From Betaproteobacteria bacterium (GTDB taxonomy: Bacteria > Pseudomonadota > Gammaproteobacteria > Burkholderiales > SG8-39), in contig VBCP01000068.1 of NCBI GenBank assembly GCA_005888925.1, forward strand, positions 1 through 41,106: 41,106 nt of DNA, given 5' to 3'. Each line of letters starts with the position of its first letter. Within the stretch, counting starts at the first letter, position 1. This document shows, in pieces, positions 9,119 through 18,893 of the stretch. A program made the translations under genes and the position numbers. The notes below the pieces were generated by a model. That model was not told the DNA's origin. It made no database searches and saw only the letters and a program-made list of their open reading frames with translations.

Positions 9119-9735
9119 CCTTCGACCGGCAGGACCGTGATGCGGTATTCGTGCGAAAGCTTGCGCTTGCGCACCGGATCTTCGAGCTCCATGCGGAATA
9201 CCTTGCCCGGGCGGATACCACCTTTTGCGGCGAGCGTGCCGCAGAACATCGCCCAGCCCGGCTTCAGCGGATGGCGGCCCATGAGATCTTCCGGCGAGCG
9301 CATCGCGGTGACCGGGCCTTCCTGGTAGAGCTCGCCGTCGGACCACGAGCGCAGCACGAGCTTCTCCCAGTGCGCCTTGACGTCGTCATAGCGCCAGGCC
9401 TCGCTGTACATGGGCTTCGCGCAGAGCTGCTTGGAGAGCGATACGCCGATGGTCTCGGCCTTGCGGTCGGTGTGATCCGATCCCACCGTGACCCAGAGGC
9501 CGTCGGGCTTTGCGAGCAGCACGAACTCGACTTCGCCGCTCGTGTCCGGGCCGGAGACCTGAATCTCGGCAGCCGTGGTGAGCAGGTTGGCCGAGACCCG
9601 GTAGAAGATCGGTGTCGTCTTCGGCGGCTTGACGCCGATCTCCTCGAGCTCCCGGATGTGCTTCCTGAGCGCGGCTTCATCGCGGCCGGTCCAGCCGGCG
9701 ATGACCAGCTCGTGAAACTCGCCGATGGCTTGCAT
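9115..9735 (-). CDS. DUF2848-family protein (FAH-like fold)
   Basis: LVIAGWTGRD, TSGEVEFVL, VGSDHTDR, SKQLCAKP, YQEG, FCGT; ATG 9735 coupled to the upstream TAA (TAATG). Confidence 0.8.
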   Translation of the reverse strand: MQAIGEFHELVIAGWTGRDEAALRKHIRELEEIGVKPPKTTPIFYRVSANLLTTAAEIQVSGPDTSGEVEFVLLAKPDGLWVTVGSDHTDRKAETIGVSLSKQLCAKPMYSEAWRYDDVKAHWEKLVLRSWSDGELYQEGPVTAMRSPEDLMGRHPLKPGWAMFCGTLAAKGGIRPGKVFRMELEDPVRKRKLSHEYRITVLPVEG

Positions 9736-11192
9736 TAGGCGACTTTGCGCTTCGCCGCCGGCGACGGGATGTCGTAGCTCGCCATGAGGTCGTCGACCAC
9801 GCGGTGGAACTCCGTCCACGGCGCTTCGCGGAAGCTGTGGTTGCGCACGATGAAGGACGCGCCGGCGTAGAACTTCTCGTACTGCAGGTGCCGGCCGGCG
9901 AACTCGGAGCCGATGAGATCCCAGACGAGCTTGTAGAGCTTCATGCGTTCGAGGGCCCCGAGCTGAGGCGTCTGCCAGTATTTTTCGAACAGCTCGCGCA
10001 GGTGACCGTCGTGCATCACCGAGACGTCCGCCGGCATCTGGAACACGCCGCCGCCGACCAGCTCGCGCAGCGCGTCGATGATCGACGAATGGCTCTCGGT
10101 GCACCAGTTGAGCGCCGCGTACATATAGCGCCGGTTGAACGTCATCCCGCCCTCGGGCCAGTCCTCGGCATCCTGGATCTGCCCGGCGATCATGCCGCCG
10201 AGCGCCGCCTCCAGCGCGGCGAAGCGGCCGAGCACCTCGCGTACCGCGGGCACTTCGTTGGCGCCGGAGGCCTGCGCGATCTTGCTCGCGAGACCCACGA
10301 TCAGCTTCAGCTTCTCGTGGAAGCGCACGTTCGACTGATGGTTGCCGTAGCAGTGCCCCGGCGTCTTGATGTAGATCTCGCGCGCGAGGATCGCGTCCAT
10401 ATGCACGAACACGCGCTCCCAGGGCACTTTCACGTTCTCGCACATCACCATCGAGTCGGTCTCGTCGAAGCGCCAGGTGAGCGGGTTCTCGAACTCGCAG
10501 CTCGCGTAGCGCTCGAAGGGCTTCCTCGACCAGAGCGTCACGCCCGGGGTGTTGACCGCGATCGCGCAGGTCACGGATTCGGCGAGCTGCGTCGGCGCGA
10601 GCGGCAGCAGATTGCCGATCCAGATCTCGTTCGCGAACACCGCGCCGGTGGCGAGCATCTTCATGCCGCTGATCACGAGGCCGTCGTCATCCTCGCGCAC
10701 CACGCGCAGCGAGGGCACCGGAAGGTTCTGCTTCTGGTAGAACTCGGGGTTGCGCGCCGCCTGCGGCGGCAGCACCGCATACACGCCGTAGACGTCCTCC
10801 TTGCGCATGTGCTCGTAGTAGCGCAGGAGGTTGCCGGCGTACTGGCCGAACACCGGCGCATTCATCGCCATGCCGGTGACGAAGCTCGAGACGTGGTCGG
10901 GCGAGCGCCCGAGCAGGCCATGGCTCATCGCCGCGATCGCCCGATGAAGATGGGTGCGCTTGGCCAGATCGTCCTTTGTCTTGGCGCGCAGGAAATAGGC
11001 GCTGTAGCGCTCCTTGCCCTCGGCGAAGCTGAACGCCGGATCGGCGCGCTTCAGGTCGTAGATCGCCGCCATCGAGCGCGCGGCGTTGCGAAAGCCCGGA
11101 TGCGTGGTGACGTCGTCGACGCGCTCCGAGCCGATGTAGACGACCCGGCCGTCCTTCAGCGATTCGAGGTGCTCAGCGCCGCTCTTTAGCAT
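9735..11192 (-). CDS. 4-hydroxyphenylacetate 3-hydroxylase (HpaB/PvcC) family FADH2-dependent monooxygenase component
   Basis: HLESLKDGRVVYI, DVTTHPGF, GRSPDH, GMKMLATG, RFDETD, VPWERVF, WDLIGSEFAGRHLQYEKFYAG; start ATG 11192. Confidence 0.88.
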   Translation of the reverse strand: MLKSGAEHLESLKDGRVVYIGSERVDDVTTHPGFRNAARSMAAIYDLKRADPAFSFAEGKERYSAYFLRAKTKDDLAKRTHLHRAIAAMSHGLLGRSPDHVSSFVTGMAMNAPVFGQYAGNLLRYYEHMRKEDVYGVYAVLPPQAARNPEFYQKQNLPVPSLRVVREDDDGLVISGMKMLATGAVFANEIWIGNLLPLAPTQLAESVTCAIAVNTPGVTLWSRKPFERYASCEFENPLTWRFDETDSMVMCENVKVPWERVFVHMDAILAREIYIKTPGHCYGNHQSNVRFHEKLKLIVGLASKIAQASGANEVPAVREVLGRFAALEAALGGMIAGQIQDAEDWPEGGMTFNRRYMYAALNWCTESHSSIIDALRELVGGGVFQMPADVSVMHDGHLRELFEKYWQTPQLGALERMKLYKLVWDLIGSEFAGRHLQYEKFYAGASFIVRNHSFREAPWTEFHRVVDDLMASYDIPSPAAKRKVA

Positions 11193-11583
11193 GGCCTGCC
11201 TCCTTCCCGGAGGTCTCGTAATAGTGGATTTCGTGCAGGATGCACCCCCCCTTCGACGTGAAGGGGCCATGGTGCACGCCCGGCGGGCGGCAGGCGTAGG
11301 TCGGCGCGAAGCACTGCTCGCCGCCGCGTCCCTGCGCATCGTTGCCGACGATCAGGTCGCCGAGCACTACGTACACCTCCTCCCAATGATCGTGCACGAA
11401 GGGCTCGGTGGAAAACGCGCCCGGCTCGATCTTCAAGAGGCGCGTGCGGCTGCCTTTCTTCGCCGTCTCGTCGAGGTCCGATGCCAGGATCTTCTGGTAG
11501 AAGCCCGGCGGATAGCCCGGCGGGCGCTCCCAGCCAGTGTTGAGATCGACTCTTACGAACTCGAGATGCTGCTTGGGCTTCAT
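11173..11583 (-). CDS. cupin-domain protein
   Basis: HDHWEEVYV and RPPGVHHGPF cupin metal motifs. Confidence 0.8.
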   Translation of the reverse strand: MKPKQHLEFVRVDLNTGWERPPGYPPGFYQKILASDLDETAKKGSRTRLLKIEPGAFSTEPFVHDHWEEVYVVLGDLIVGNDAQGRGGEQCFAPTYACRPPGVHHGPFTSKGGCILHEIHYYETSGKEAGHAKERR

Positions 11584-11951
11584 CAGGCACCCTCCTCGTT
11601 GCCGTCGATCCAGGGCGCGCGGAAAACCTCCTCCTGCGCCATCGCCTGGTGAACGACGCTTCCTTCATAGAGCGGAAACTGCTTGAAATCCTCGCGCGCC
11701 GCGGCGCGTGCCGGCGACGCGAACGCGGCTTCCATGGACTCGAGCGATTCGAACTCGAGCTGCGCGAGCAGCACCGTCTTGCCGCGGTTCACCGCAAACG
11801 GGTCGTGCCAGTCGAGGGCGGTGTGCAGCACGACGCGCCGCATGCCGGGCCAGCGCGCGAGCAGCGGCACATGCAGCTCGCGGTAGCGCTCGACGAAACT
11901 CTCGGCGTCGACACCCGTGACGTCGTAGCGCACGAAGTAAGAAACGCTCAT
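11583..11951 (-). CDS. EthD-family dimeric alpha/beta-barrel protein
   Basis: YRELHVPL..WPG, LEFESLESMEAAFASP..D pattern; ATG 11951 overlaps the MarR stop (ATGA). Confidence 0.78.
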   Translation of the reverse strand: MSVSYFVRYDVTGVDAESFVERYRELHVPLLARWPGMRRVVLHTALDWHDPFAVNRGKTVLLAQLEFESLESMEAAFASPARAAAREDFKQFPLYEGSVVHQAMAQEEVFRAPWIDGNEEGA

Positions 11952-12511
11952 GCCGCCTTCGTGTCGTGCAGCATGAACTGCAGCATCGCCACCGCGCGGT
12001 CGCCGGAGGCCACCAGATCGCGTGCGAGCAGCCGCAGCTGGCGGAAGCGCCGCGCGTCGAGACGCTCGAACAGCACATCGTTCACGCGGCGCTGGAACGG
12101 CGCGAGGCGCTCGAGCAGCTCGCGGCTCTTGAGGTTCGCCCTGAGGAGCACCCGGCGCCCGTCGGCCGGGTCGGCGACCTTCTCGAGGATGCCGCTCGCC
12201 ACGAGCTTGTTGGCCTCGATGGTGATGAAGGCGCCCGAGCGATGCAGCCGCCCCGCCACTTCGCCGACCGCCAGCAGTCCTTCGGCACGCGAGACCAGCA
12301 TCAGGATCTCGTACTGCGCCCCCGAGATGCCGACGATCGCCGCAAACGCATCGCGACAGGTATCCAGGCGATGCCCGTAGGCGATCAGGTCGTGGATCAG
12401 CCCGCGGAACTCGGCGTCGGAGCCTTCGACCAGCAGCGCCGCTCGCGAGACGGTGACCGGAGGTACCGCGTTGAATACGGGAGCGGGTTTGCGGCGGCGG
12501 GGCCGGGCCAT
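11948..12511 (-). CDS. MarR-family transcriptional regulator
   Basis: GISGAQYEIL, VGEVAGRLH..FITIEANKLV..GILEK..DPADGRRVLL winged HTH. Confidence 0.88.
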   Translation of the reverse strand: MARPRRRKPAPVFNAVPPVTVSRAALLVEGSDAEFRGLIHDLIAYGHRLDTCRDAFAAIVGISGAQYEILMLVSRAEGLLAVGEVAGRLHRSGAFITIEANKLVASGILEKVADPADGRRVLLRANLKSRELLERLAPFQRRVNDVLFERLDARRFRQLRLLARDLVASGDRAVAMLQFMLHDTKAA

Positions 12512-12570
12512 TGACCGCAGGATTCTGGACCCGCAGAATTAGCTTTGTCAATTAGCTTTCTCATCAAAGC
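12512..12570. promoter_or_regulatory. divergent promoter / putative MarR operator
   Basis: AT-rich spacer with direct repeat AATTAGCTTT (12537-12546, 12550-12559) and inverted repeat GCTTT-N6-AAAGC (12555-12570). Confidence 0.5.
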
Positions 12571-13728
12571 ATGAGCGTCTTGATTGCCGGCGCGGGCCCG
12601 GTGGGGCTCGCCGCGGCCAACGTGCTCGCCGATGCCGGCATCGCGGTGAGCGTGCTCGAGGCCGAGCCGCGGCTGCCCGAGAACCTGCGCGCCTCGACCT
12701 TCCAGCCGCCGACGCTCGACCTCCTGGCGCGCTTCGGCGCCAGCGCTCGGCTGATCGAGATGGGGCGCGTCGCGCGCAAGGTGCAATACCGCGACCGCGC
12801 CGGCTGGATCGCCGAGCTCGACTTCGGCGTGCTGCAGGCGGACACGCAGCATCCCTACCGCGTGCAATGCGAGCAGTACCGGCTCAATCAGGTGCTCGCC
12901 GCACGGCTGAAGGCGTTGCGGTTCGGCGCCGAGGTCACGGCGCTCGACCAGGATGCCGATGGCGTCACGGTGACGATCAACGGCGGCGAAAAGCTGCGCG
13001 GCGACTGGCTGATCGGCGCCGACGGCGGCCGCAGCCGGGTGCGCGAGACGCTCGGCATCCCGCTCGAAGGCTTCACCTGGCCGGAGCGCTTCCTCGTGGC
13101 GAGCACGCCGTTCGATTTCGCGCAGGCGATCCCGCGGCTCGCCGAGGTCAGCTACTTCGCCGACCCGCAGGAATGGTTTTTCCTGCTGCGGGTGCGCGAC
13201 GTCTGGCGCGCGATGTTCCCCGCGAGGGCGGAGGAAACCGAAGCCGACATTCTTTCGGACGCGTCCATCGAGCGGCGGCTACAGCGCGTGCACGCCAAAT
13301 CCGGCCGCTACGAGATCGCGCACCGCACCCTCTACTCGGTGCATCAGCGCGTCGCGCAGAGCTATCGCCGGGGGCGCGTGTTCCTGGCGGGCGACGTGGC
13401 GCATCTCAACAATCCGCTCGGCGGCATGGGGATGAACGGCGGCATCCATGATGCCTTCAACCTGGCGGAAAAGCTCGCCGGCGTGATCCGCGGCGAAAAA
13501 CCGCCCGAGGAGCTTGAGCGCTACGAGCGCCAGCGCCGGCCGGTCGCGCTCGAGTACGTGAACACCATTACCATCGCCAACAAGCGCCACCTCGAGATGC
13601 GCGACGCCGAGGAGCAGCGGCGCTGGCGCGCCGAGCTCTCGCGCGCGATGGCCGACCGCACGGCCGAGCGCGAGTACATGCTCAAGCTCTCGATGATTGC
13701 CAGCCTGAGGAAATACGCATGCGCATGA
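12571..13728 (+). CDS. single-component FAD-dependent monooxygenase (MhpA/UbiH-like, group A)
   Basis: GAGPVG Rossmann motif, GADGGRS DG motif, LAGDVAH..NPLGGMGMNGGIHD GD motif. Confidence 0.9.
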   Translation: MSVLIAGAGPVGLAAANVLADAGIAVSVLEAEPRLPENLRASTFQPPTLDLLARFGASARLIEMGRVARKVQYRDRAGWIAELDFGVLQADTQHPYRVQCEQYRLNQVLAARLKALRFGAEVTALDQDADGVTVTINGGEKLRGDWLIGADGGRSRVRETLGIPLEGFTWPERFLVASTPFDFAQAIPRLAEVSYFADPQEWFFLLRVRDVWRAMFPARAEETEADILSDASIERRLQRVHAKSGRYEIAHRTLYSVHQRVAQSYRRGRVFLAGDVAHLNNPLGGMGMNGGIHDAFNLAEKLAGVIRGEKPPEELERYERQRRPVALEYVNTITIANKRHLEMRDAEEQRRWRAELSRAMADRTAEREYMLKLSMIASLRKYACA

Positions 13729-14678
13729 CGAATATTCTTCTGGCGATGGCGCTGATCCCGCTGGTCGCGGGAGCACAAACGTTCCCATCGCGGCAGATCA
13801 CCATCGTCGTGCCCTACTCTCCGGGCAGCACCTCGGATCTGCTGCCGCGGGCGATCGCGCCGCTGATGTCGCAAGCGCTCGGCGTGCCCCTCATCGTCGA
13901 GAACGGCCCGGGCGCGGGCGGTAATGTCGGCGCCGCGATGGTCGCCAAAGCCGAAGCGAGCGGGCACACGGTGCTGATGGCGCCCTCGGCGATCCTCGCG
14001 ACCAACCAGTGGCTCTACAAGGATCTGCCGTACGACCCGCACAAGGACTTCACGCCGGTGATCAATGCCGCGACCACGCCCAACCTTTGGGTCGCCTATC
14101 CGGGCCTGCCGGTCAAAACGATGAGCGACGTCATCACGCTCGCAAAGGCGAAGCCCGGCTCGCTCAGCTTCGCCTCCGGCGGCGCCGGCACCACCAGCCA
14201 TCTCTGCGGCGAGCTGCTGAAAACCACCGCGCAGGTCGATCTCGTGCACGTGCCCTATAAGGGCCCGGCGCCGGCGGCGCAGGATCTCCTGGCGGGCCGC
14301 GTGCCGCTCATGTGCGACAACTTCTCCAACGTCATCTCGCACGTGCGCGCCGGCAGGCTGCGCGCGATCGCGCTCACCGCCATGAAGCGGCATCCGCAGG
14401 CGCCGGACGTGCCCACCGCGGATGAGTCGGGGCTTCCAGGGTTTGAGGTGAACGTCTGGTACGGCTTCGCCGTGCCGGCGGCGACGCCGAAACCGGCGGT
14501 GCAGAAGCTGAATGCCGAGATCGGCCGGGCGCTGCGCAATCCCTCAGTCGCCGAGCGCCTGGACGGCCTCGGCCTTGCCATCGTCGCCGATACGCCGGAG
14601 GAATTCGCCCGCTTCGTCGCGGCCGAGTCGGAGAAGATGCGCCGCCTGGTGCAGGCGTCGGGCGCGCGGGTCGATTAA
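13719..14678 (+). CDS. Bug/TctC substrate-binding protein
   Basis: FPSRQITIVVPYSPGSTSD, PGAGG, HVPYKG; alternative start 13725. Confidence 0.9.
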   Translation: MRMTNILLAMALIPLVAGAQTFPSRQITIVVPYSPGSTSDLLPRAIAPLMSQALGVPLIVENGPGAGGNVGAAMVAKAEASGHTVLMAPSAILATNQWLYKDLPYDPHKDFTPVINAATTPNLWVAYPGLPVKTMSDVITLAKAKPGSLSFASGGAGTTSHLCGELLKTTAQVDLVHVPYKGPAPAAQDLLAGRVPLMCDNFSNVISHVRAGRLRAIALTAMKRHPQAPDVPTADESGLPGFEVNVWYGFAVPAATPKPAVQKLNAEIGRALRNPSVAERLDGLGLAIVADTPEEFARFVAAESEKMRRLVQASGARVD

Positions 14679-14681
14679 TTC

Positions 14682-14933
14682 ATGGCGCTGAGCCGTGCCC
14701 AGCTAAGCAAGGCCGTCGCGCACATGGAAGCCGGCGATTGGCACGCGGCGCATGAGATCGTTCAGCGCGATGAAGACTCGCCGCTCGCGTGCTGGGCGCA
14801 CGGCATTGTCCACATCATGGAGGGCGACCTGCCTAACGCGCGCTACTGGTACGCCCAGGCGAAGCGTGCGTTTCCATCGAAGCCCACGGCGGCTGGCGAG
14901 ATCCGCGCGCTAAAAACTGAATTAAGTACCTGA
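14682..14933 (+). CDS. small conserved-looking hypothetical protein (83 aa)
   Basis: WHAAHEIVQ..ACWAHGIVHIMEGDLPNARYWY pattern, protein-like composition, fills the gap between two genes. Confidence 0.7.
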   Translation: MALSRAQLSKAVAHMEAGDWHAAHEIVQRDEDSPLACWAHGIVHIMEGDLPNARYWYAQAKRAFPSKPTAAGEIRALKTELST

Positions 14934-17900
14934 CCCCGATTTCCTGGAGCGCGGGCGCGCGCCGAGGCGGCGGCGGGTCGTGCCGGCGGCGGCGCCGAGG
15001 CGCGCGGCGATCAGCGCGCTGAATTCCTCGGCTGGCATCGGCCGCGCGAAGAGGAAGCCCTGGGCCTGCTCGCAGCCGAGCGTGCGCAGGAACGCGGCCT
15101 GCGAGTCGAGCTCGACGCCTTCGGCGATCACGGTGAAGCCAAGGGTGTGCGCCATGTCGACGATGGTGCGCACGATGGTGGCGTCGGCCTCGTCGTCGAG
15201 CACGTCGGCGACGAACGAACGGTCGATCTTGAGCGAAGCGAGCGGGAAGCGCGTGAGGTAGGCCAGGCTCGAGTAGCCGGTGCCGAAGTCGTCGATGGCG
15301 ATGCGCACGCCCGCGGCGCCGAGCGCACGCAGCACCTGGATCGCGTGATCCGGATCGTGCATCAGCTGGCTCTCGGTGATCTCGAGCTCGATCAGCGAGG
15401 GGTCGATGCCAGCCGCCGAGACGATGGCGCGGATGCGCTCCTCGAGGTCGTGCTGCCGGAACTGGCGCGCCGAGAGGTTGACCGCCACCGGCATCGCCGG
15501 TGCGCCCAGGCGCTGCCAGCTCTTCAGGTCCTCGCAGGCGCGCTTCAGCACCCATTCGCCCACGGGCACGATGAGCCCGGTCTCCTCGAGCACCGGGATG
15601 AATTCGACCGGCGCGACGCGCCCGCGCTCGGGATGGTTCCAGCGCAGCAGCGCCTCCGCGCCGCAGGGCAAGCCGTTCGTGAGATCGATCTTCGGTTGGT
15701 AATGAAGGCTGAACTCGCGCCGCTCGAGCGCGCGGCGCAGCTCGAGACCCATCTGCGCGCGCGCGCGGGTGCGCTGGTTGATGTCGGCGGTGAAGAACTG
15801 GAAGGCGTTGCGCCCGGACTGTTTGGCGCGGTACATCGCGGCGTCGGCCGCGCCGAGCAGCGTCTCGGCGTTGTCGCCGTCGGCGGGGAAGGTGGCGATG
15901 CCGATGCTCGCCGTGACCACGACTTCCTGGCCCTGGATGATCGCCGGCGCGGCGAGGCGGTCGATGATCTTCTGCGCCACGAGCGCGGCATCGTCCGGGC
16001 GCGCCAGGTCGCCGAGGATGACGGCGAACTCGTCGCCGCTGATGCGCGCCACCGTGTCGCCGTCGCGCAGCGCCGACTGCAGGCGCTTCGCCGCCTCCTG
16101 CAGGAGCTCGTCGCCCGCGGCATGGCCCTGGGTGTCGTTCACCAGCTTGAAGTCATCGAGGTCGATGAAGAGGACCCCGAGCGACACGCCGCGCCGGCGC
16201 GCCTGCACGATCATCAGCGAGAAGCGGTCCGAGAGCAGCGTGCGGTTGGGCAGCCCGGTGAGTGGGTCGAACTGCGCGAGGTAGGCGAGCCGCGCCTCGC
16301 TGTCCAGGCGATGCAGCGCCGCCGACACCATGCTCGCGGCGGCCGTCAAGAAGCGCGTTTCCTCGGGGCCGAAGGAGCCGGGCGCCTCGGCAACGGCGCA
16401 CACCACCCCGCGCGGACCGCCGTCGGCCGGCACCGGCACGGCAGCGAGCGCGCCGTAGCGGCGCAGCCATTCGAAGGGCAGCGGCAGTCCCTCCTTCCAG
16501 GGACCGTTGAGCACCACGGGCTCGGAGGCTTCCAGGAGCGGCGCGAGCGGGCTGTCGGCGTCGATGCGCGCCACCGCCGAGTCGGTCGAGGTCGAAGCAA
16601 GGCCGGCGACGCGGCGCAGCACCACTTCGCGCTCGCCGCTGCCGCGCTCGAGATAGGCGACGGCGCCGCCGCCGAGGCCCTCGAGCACGCTCTGCACCGC
16701 CTTCGCGACCAGCTCGGCCGGGTTGCGCTTGGAGAGCGCTGCCTGACCGAGGCGCGAGATCTTCTTCTGGTAGCGCGCCTGCGCGGCGCGGCGCTTCTCC
16801 GCGCTCATGCGCTCGGAGAGGTCGCGCGAATTCACCACCAGCACGCGGCCCTGCGGCGTGTCGAGCAGGCTCCTGCGGCTCTCCACCGGGAAGGTGCTGC
16901 CGTCCTTGCGCCGGTACTCGGTAATGACCGTGTTGGTCCGCCCGGCGACGCCAAGGAGCTCCGCGGTCTCGGTGCGCAGCGTGCCGGTCGACGCGTCGGG
17001 CCGGATGTCCCTCGCGCGGAGCTTCAGCAGCTGCGGCCGCGTGTAGCCGAGCTGCTTGCAGGCCGTCTCGTTGAAATCGAGCAGCCCCCCTGCGTTGAGG
17101 TCGAAGAGGAACACCATGTCGGCCGAGGAGTCGAGCGCCGTGCGAAAGCGCTGCAGCGCGGCCTCCTTCTCCTTCCTCTCGGTGATGTCCTCGATGATCG
17201 CGATCTCGTGCTGCGGCTCGCCGTGCGTGTTGCGCGCGAGCGCGACCGTGAGATTGACCCACACCACGGTGCCGTCCTTGCGCAAGTAGCGCTTCTCGAA
17301 CTGCACCGAGGCGAGGTCGCCCGAGCGCATGCGCGCGCGCTCATCATCGGTCTTGTCCCGGTCGTCGGGATGCGAGATGTCCTTGACCGAGCGGCCGATC
17401 AGCTCCGCCTCGGCGTAGCCGAGCATCTCGCAGAGCTTGCGGTTGACGTCGGTGAAGTGCCCCGCGAGGTCGACGTGCGCGATGCCGGAGGCGGCGAGCT
17501 CGAAGGTCTGCCGGAAGCGCGCCTCGCTCTCGGCAAGCGCGGCCTCGGCATGCTTGCGGGAGAGGAACTGGCCGATCTGCGCGCCGACCAGCAGCATGGT
17601 GCGCATCAGCCGCTCGTCGGGCTGCCGCACGATGCTGCTCGAGATGGAAAGCACGCCGACGACGCGGCCTTCGAAGGTCACCGGGAAGACGAGAGCGCCG
17701 TGCACCCCCGCCTCGCGCACGCGTGCGACCGGTGCCGAGCGCGCGTCGCGGCTCACGTCGGAACTCCACACCGGCGCGCCGCTCGCCCAGACGTGGCCGA
17801 TCAGCCCCTGGCCCGGCGGGATGCCGGCGCCGCGCGAGCTCTCGGCGAATTTCGCGAGCGGCCCGACGCCGCTCGACCAGATTTCCTCGCAGCGCATGAC

Positions 17901-18893
17901 GTTCGCCGCCTCGTCGAGCTGGAAATAGCGCCCGCAATCCCAGTTCTCGGCCTGACAGATCGCCTGCATCACCGCGCGCAAGGCGTCGGGGATGCTCTTC
18001 GCGTCCGCGAGATCGCGCGCCACGGCGTGCTCGAGCGCGACCAGGCGCTCCTCGCGCCGCCGCTCCGTGAGTTCGCGTCCGACGCCGCGGTAGCCGAGGA
18101 ATTCGCCGCTCGCTCCGTAGACCGGCTCGCCGCTGACCGACAGGAAGCGCACCTCACCGTCGGGGTCGATGCGGCCCATCTCGAAATCGCGGAACGGCTT
18201 TCGAGCCTCGAGTGCGGCGCGGTGCGCCGCCCAGCCGGCGGCGTCCGGATGGATTGACGGCCGGTCCCAACGTGCTTTGCCGAGCACCGGCTCGCTTGCC
18301 GGGCGGTGCTTCTCGGCGTGCGTCGTGCGCGTGATGCGGTGCTCGGCGTCGGTCTCCCAATAGAAGTCCGACGACAGCTCGACCAGGCTGCGGAAGCGCT
18401 CCTCGCTGTCGCGCATCACGGCTTCCGCCTGCTTGCGCTGCACGAACTGGCCGAGCTGGCGTGCGATCACGCCCATCGCCCGCAGCAGGCGCTCGTCGGG
18501 TTCGCGGGCGTTGCGCGAGGTCAGCGCGATTACGCCGATCGTGCGCGCGTCGGATATGACCGGGCAGAGAAAAGAGCCGCGCGACCAGCCTTTCGGCGCG
18601 AGCAACGCGCGCGCGTCGTTCTGCGTGTCGGGCACCCAGAGCGGCTCGCCGCTTGCCCAAGTGGTGCCGACCAGGCCCGCGCCCGGCGTCAGCGCGAGGT
18701 GCTGCGAATCGGCGACGAAGCGCTCCACTTCCGGGGTACCCCCCGACCACGACTCCTGCATGCGCATCACGCCGCCGCCCGTGTCGAGGCCGAAGTAACG
18801 CCCGCAGTCCCAGCCTTCGGCCTGGCAGATCGCCCGCAGTACTCCCTGCAGCGCCGAAGACACGCTGTCGGCTTCGGCGAGAACGCGCGTCAC
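14922..18893 (-). CDS. GAF/PAS sensor GGDEF-EAL protein (C-terminal ORF of the split gene)
   Basis: DPLTGLPNR, DLDDFK, RDGD I-site, SGDEF, EALLRW, ELEITES, DDFGTGYSS, LKIDRSF, EGVE, QGF; GGAG 6 nt before GTG 18893 could allow independent initiation. Confidence 0.8.
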   Translation of the reverse strand: MTRVLAEADSVSSALQGVLRAICQAEGWDCGRYFGLDTGGGVMRMQESWSGGTPEVERFVADSQHLALTPGAGLVGTTWASGEPLWVPDTQNDARALLAPKGWSRGSFLCPVISDARTIGVIALTSRNAREPDERLLRAMGVIARQLGQFVQRKQAEAVMRDSEERFRSLVELSSDFYWETDAEHRITRTTHAEKHRPASEPVLGKARWDRPSIHPDAAGWAAHRAALEARKPFRDFEMGRIDPDGEVRFLSVSGEPVYGASGEFLGYRGVGRELTERRREERLVALEHAVARDLADAKSIPDALRAVMQAICQAENWDCGRYFQLDEAANVMRCEEIWSSGVGPLAKFAESSRGAGIPPGQGLIGHVWASGAPVWSSDVSRDARSAPVARVREAGVHGALVFPVTFEGRVVGVLSISSSIVRQPDERLMRTMLLVGAQIGQFLSRKHAEAALAESEARFRQTFELAASGIAHVDLAGHFTDVNRKLCEMLGYAEAELIGRSVKDISHPDDRDKTDDERARMRSGDLASVQFEKRYLRKDGTVVWVNLTVALARNTHGEPQHEIAIIEDITERKEKEAALQRFRTALDSSADMVFLFDLNAGGLLDFNETACKQLGYTRPQLLKLRARDIRPDASTGTLRTETAELLGVAGRTNTVITEYRRKDGSTFPVESRRSLLDTPQGRVLVVNSRDLSERMSAEKRRAAQARYQKKISRLGQAALSKRNPAELVAKAVQSVLEGLGGGAVAYLERGSGEREVVLRRVAGLASTSTDSAVARIDADSPLAPLLEASEPVVLNGPWKEGLPLPFEWLRRYGALAAVPVPADGGPRGVVCAVAEAPGSFGPEETRFLTAAASMVSAALHRLDSEARLAYLAQFDPLTGLPNRTLLSDRFSLMIVQARRRGVSLGVLFIDLDDFKLVNDTQGHAAGDELLQEAAKRLQSALRDGDTVARISGDEFAVILGDLARPDDAALVAQKIIDRLAAPAIIQGQEVVVTASIGIATFPADGDNAETLLGAADAAMYRAKQSGRNAFQFFTADINQRTRARAQMGLELRRALERREFSLHYQPKIDLTNGLPCGAEALLRWNHPERGRVAPVEFIPVLEETGLIVPVGEWVLKRACEDLKSWQRLGAPAMPVAVNLSARQFRQHDLEERIRAIVSAAGIDPSLIELEITESQLMHDPDHAIQVLRALGAAGVRIAIDDFGTGYSSLAYLTRFPLASLKIDRSFVADVLDDEADATIVRTIVDMAHTLGFTVIAEGVELDSQAAFLRTLGCEQAQGFLFARPMPAEEFSALIAARLGAAAGTTRRRLGARPRSRKSGSGT

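Noticed and set aside
9735..11192. Bona fide hpaB of 4-hydroxyphenylacetate catabolism
   Set aside because: No hpaC or hpaDEFGHI nearby; only family-level assignment is supported.
15147..18257. 1036-aa plus-strand ORF and the many other long overlapping ORFs in the track
   Set aside because: Antisense or off-frame shadows of real genes; Arg/Ala/Gly-rich with no motifs, as expected at high GC.
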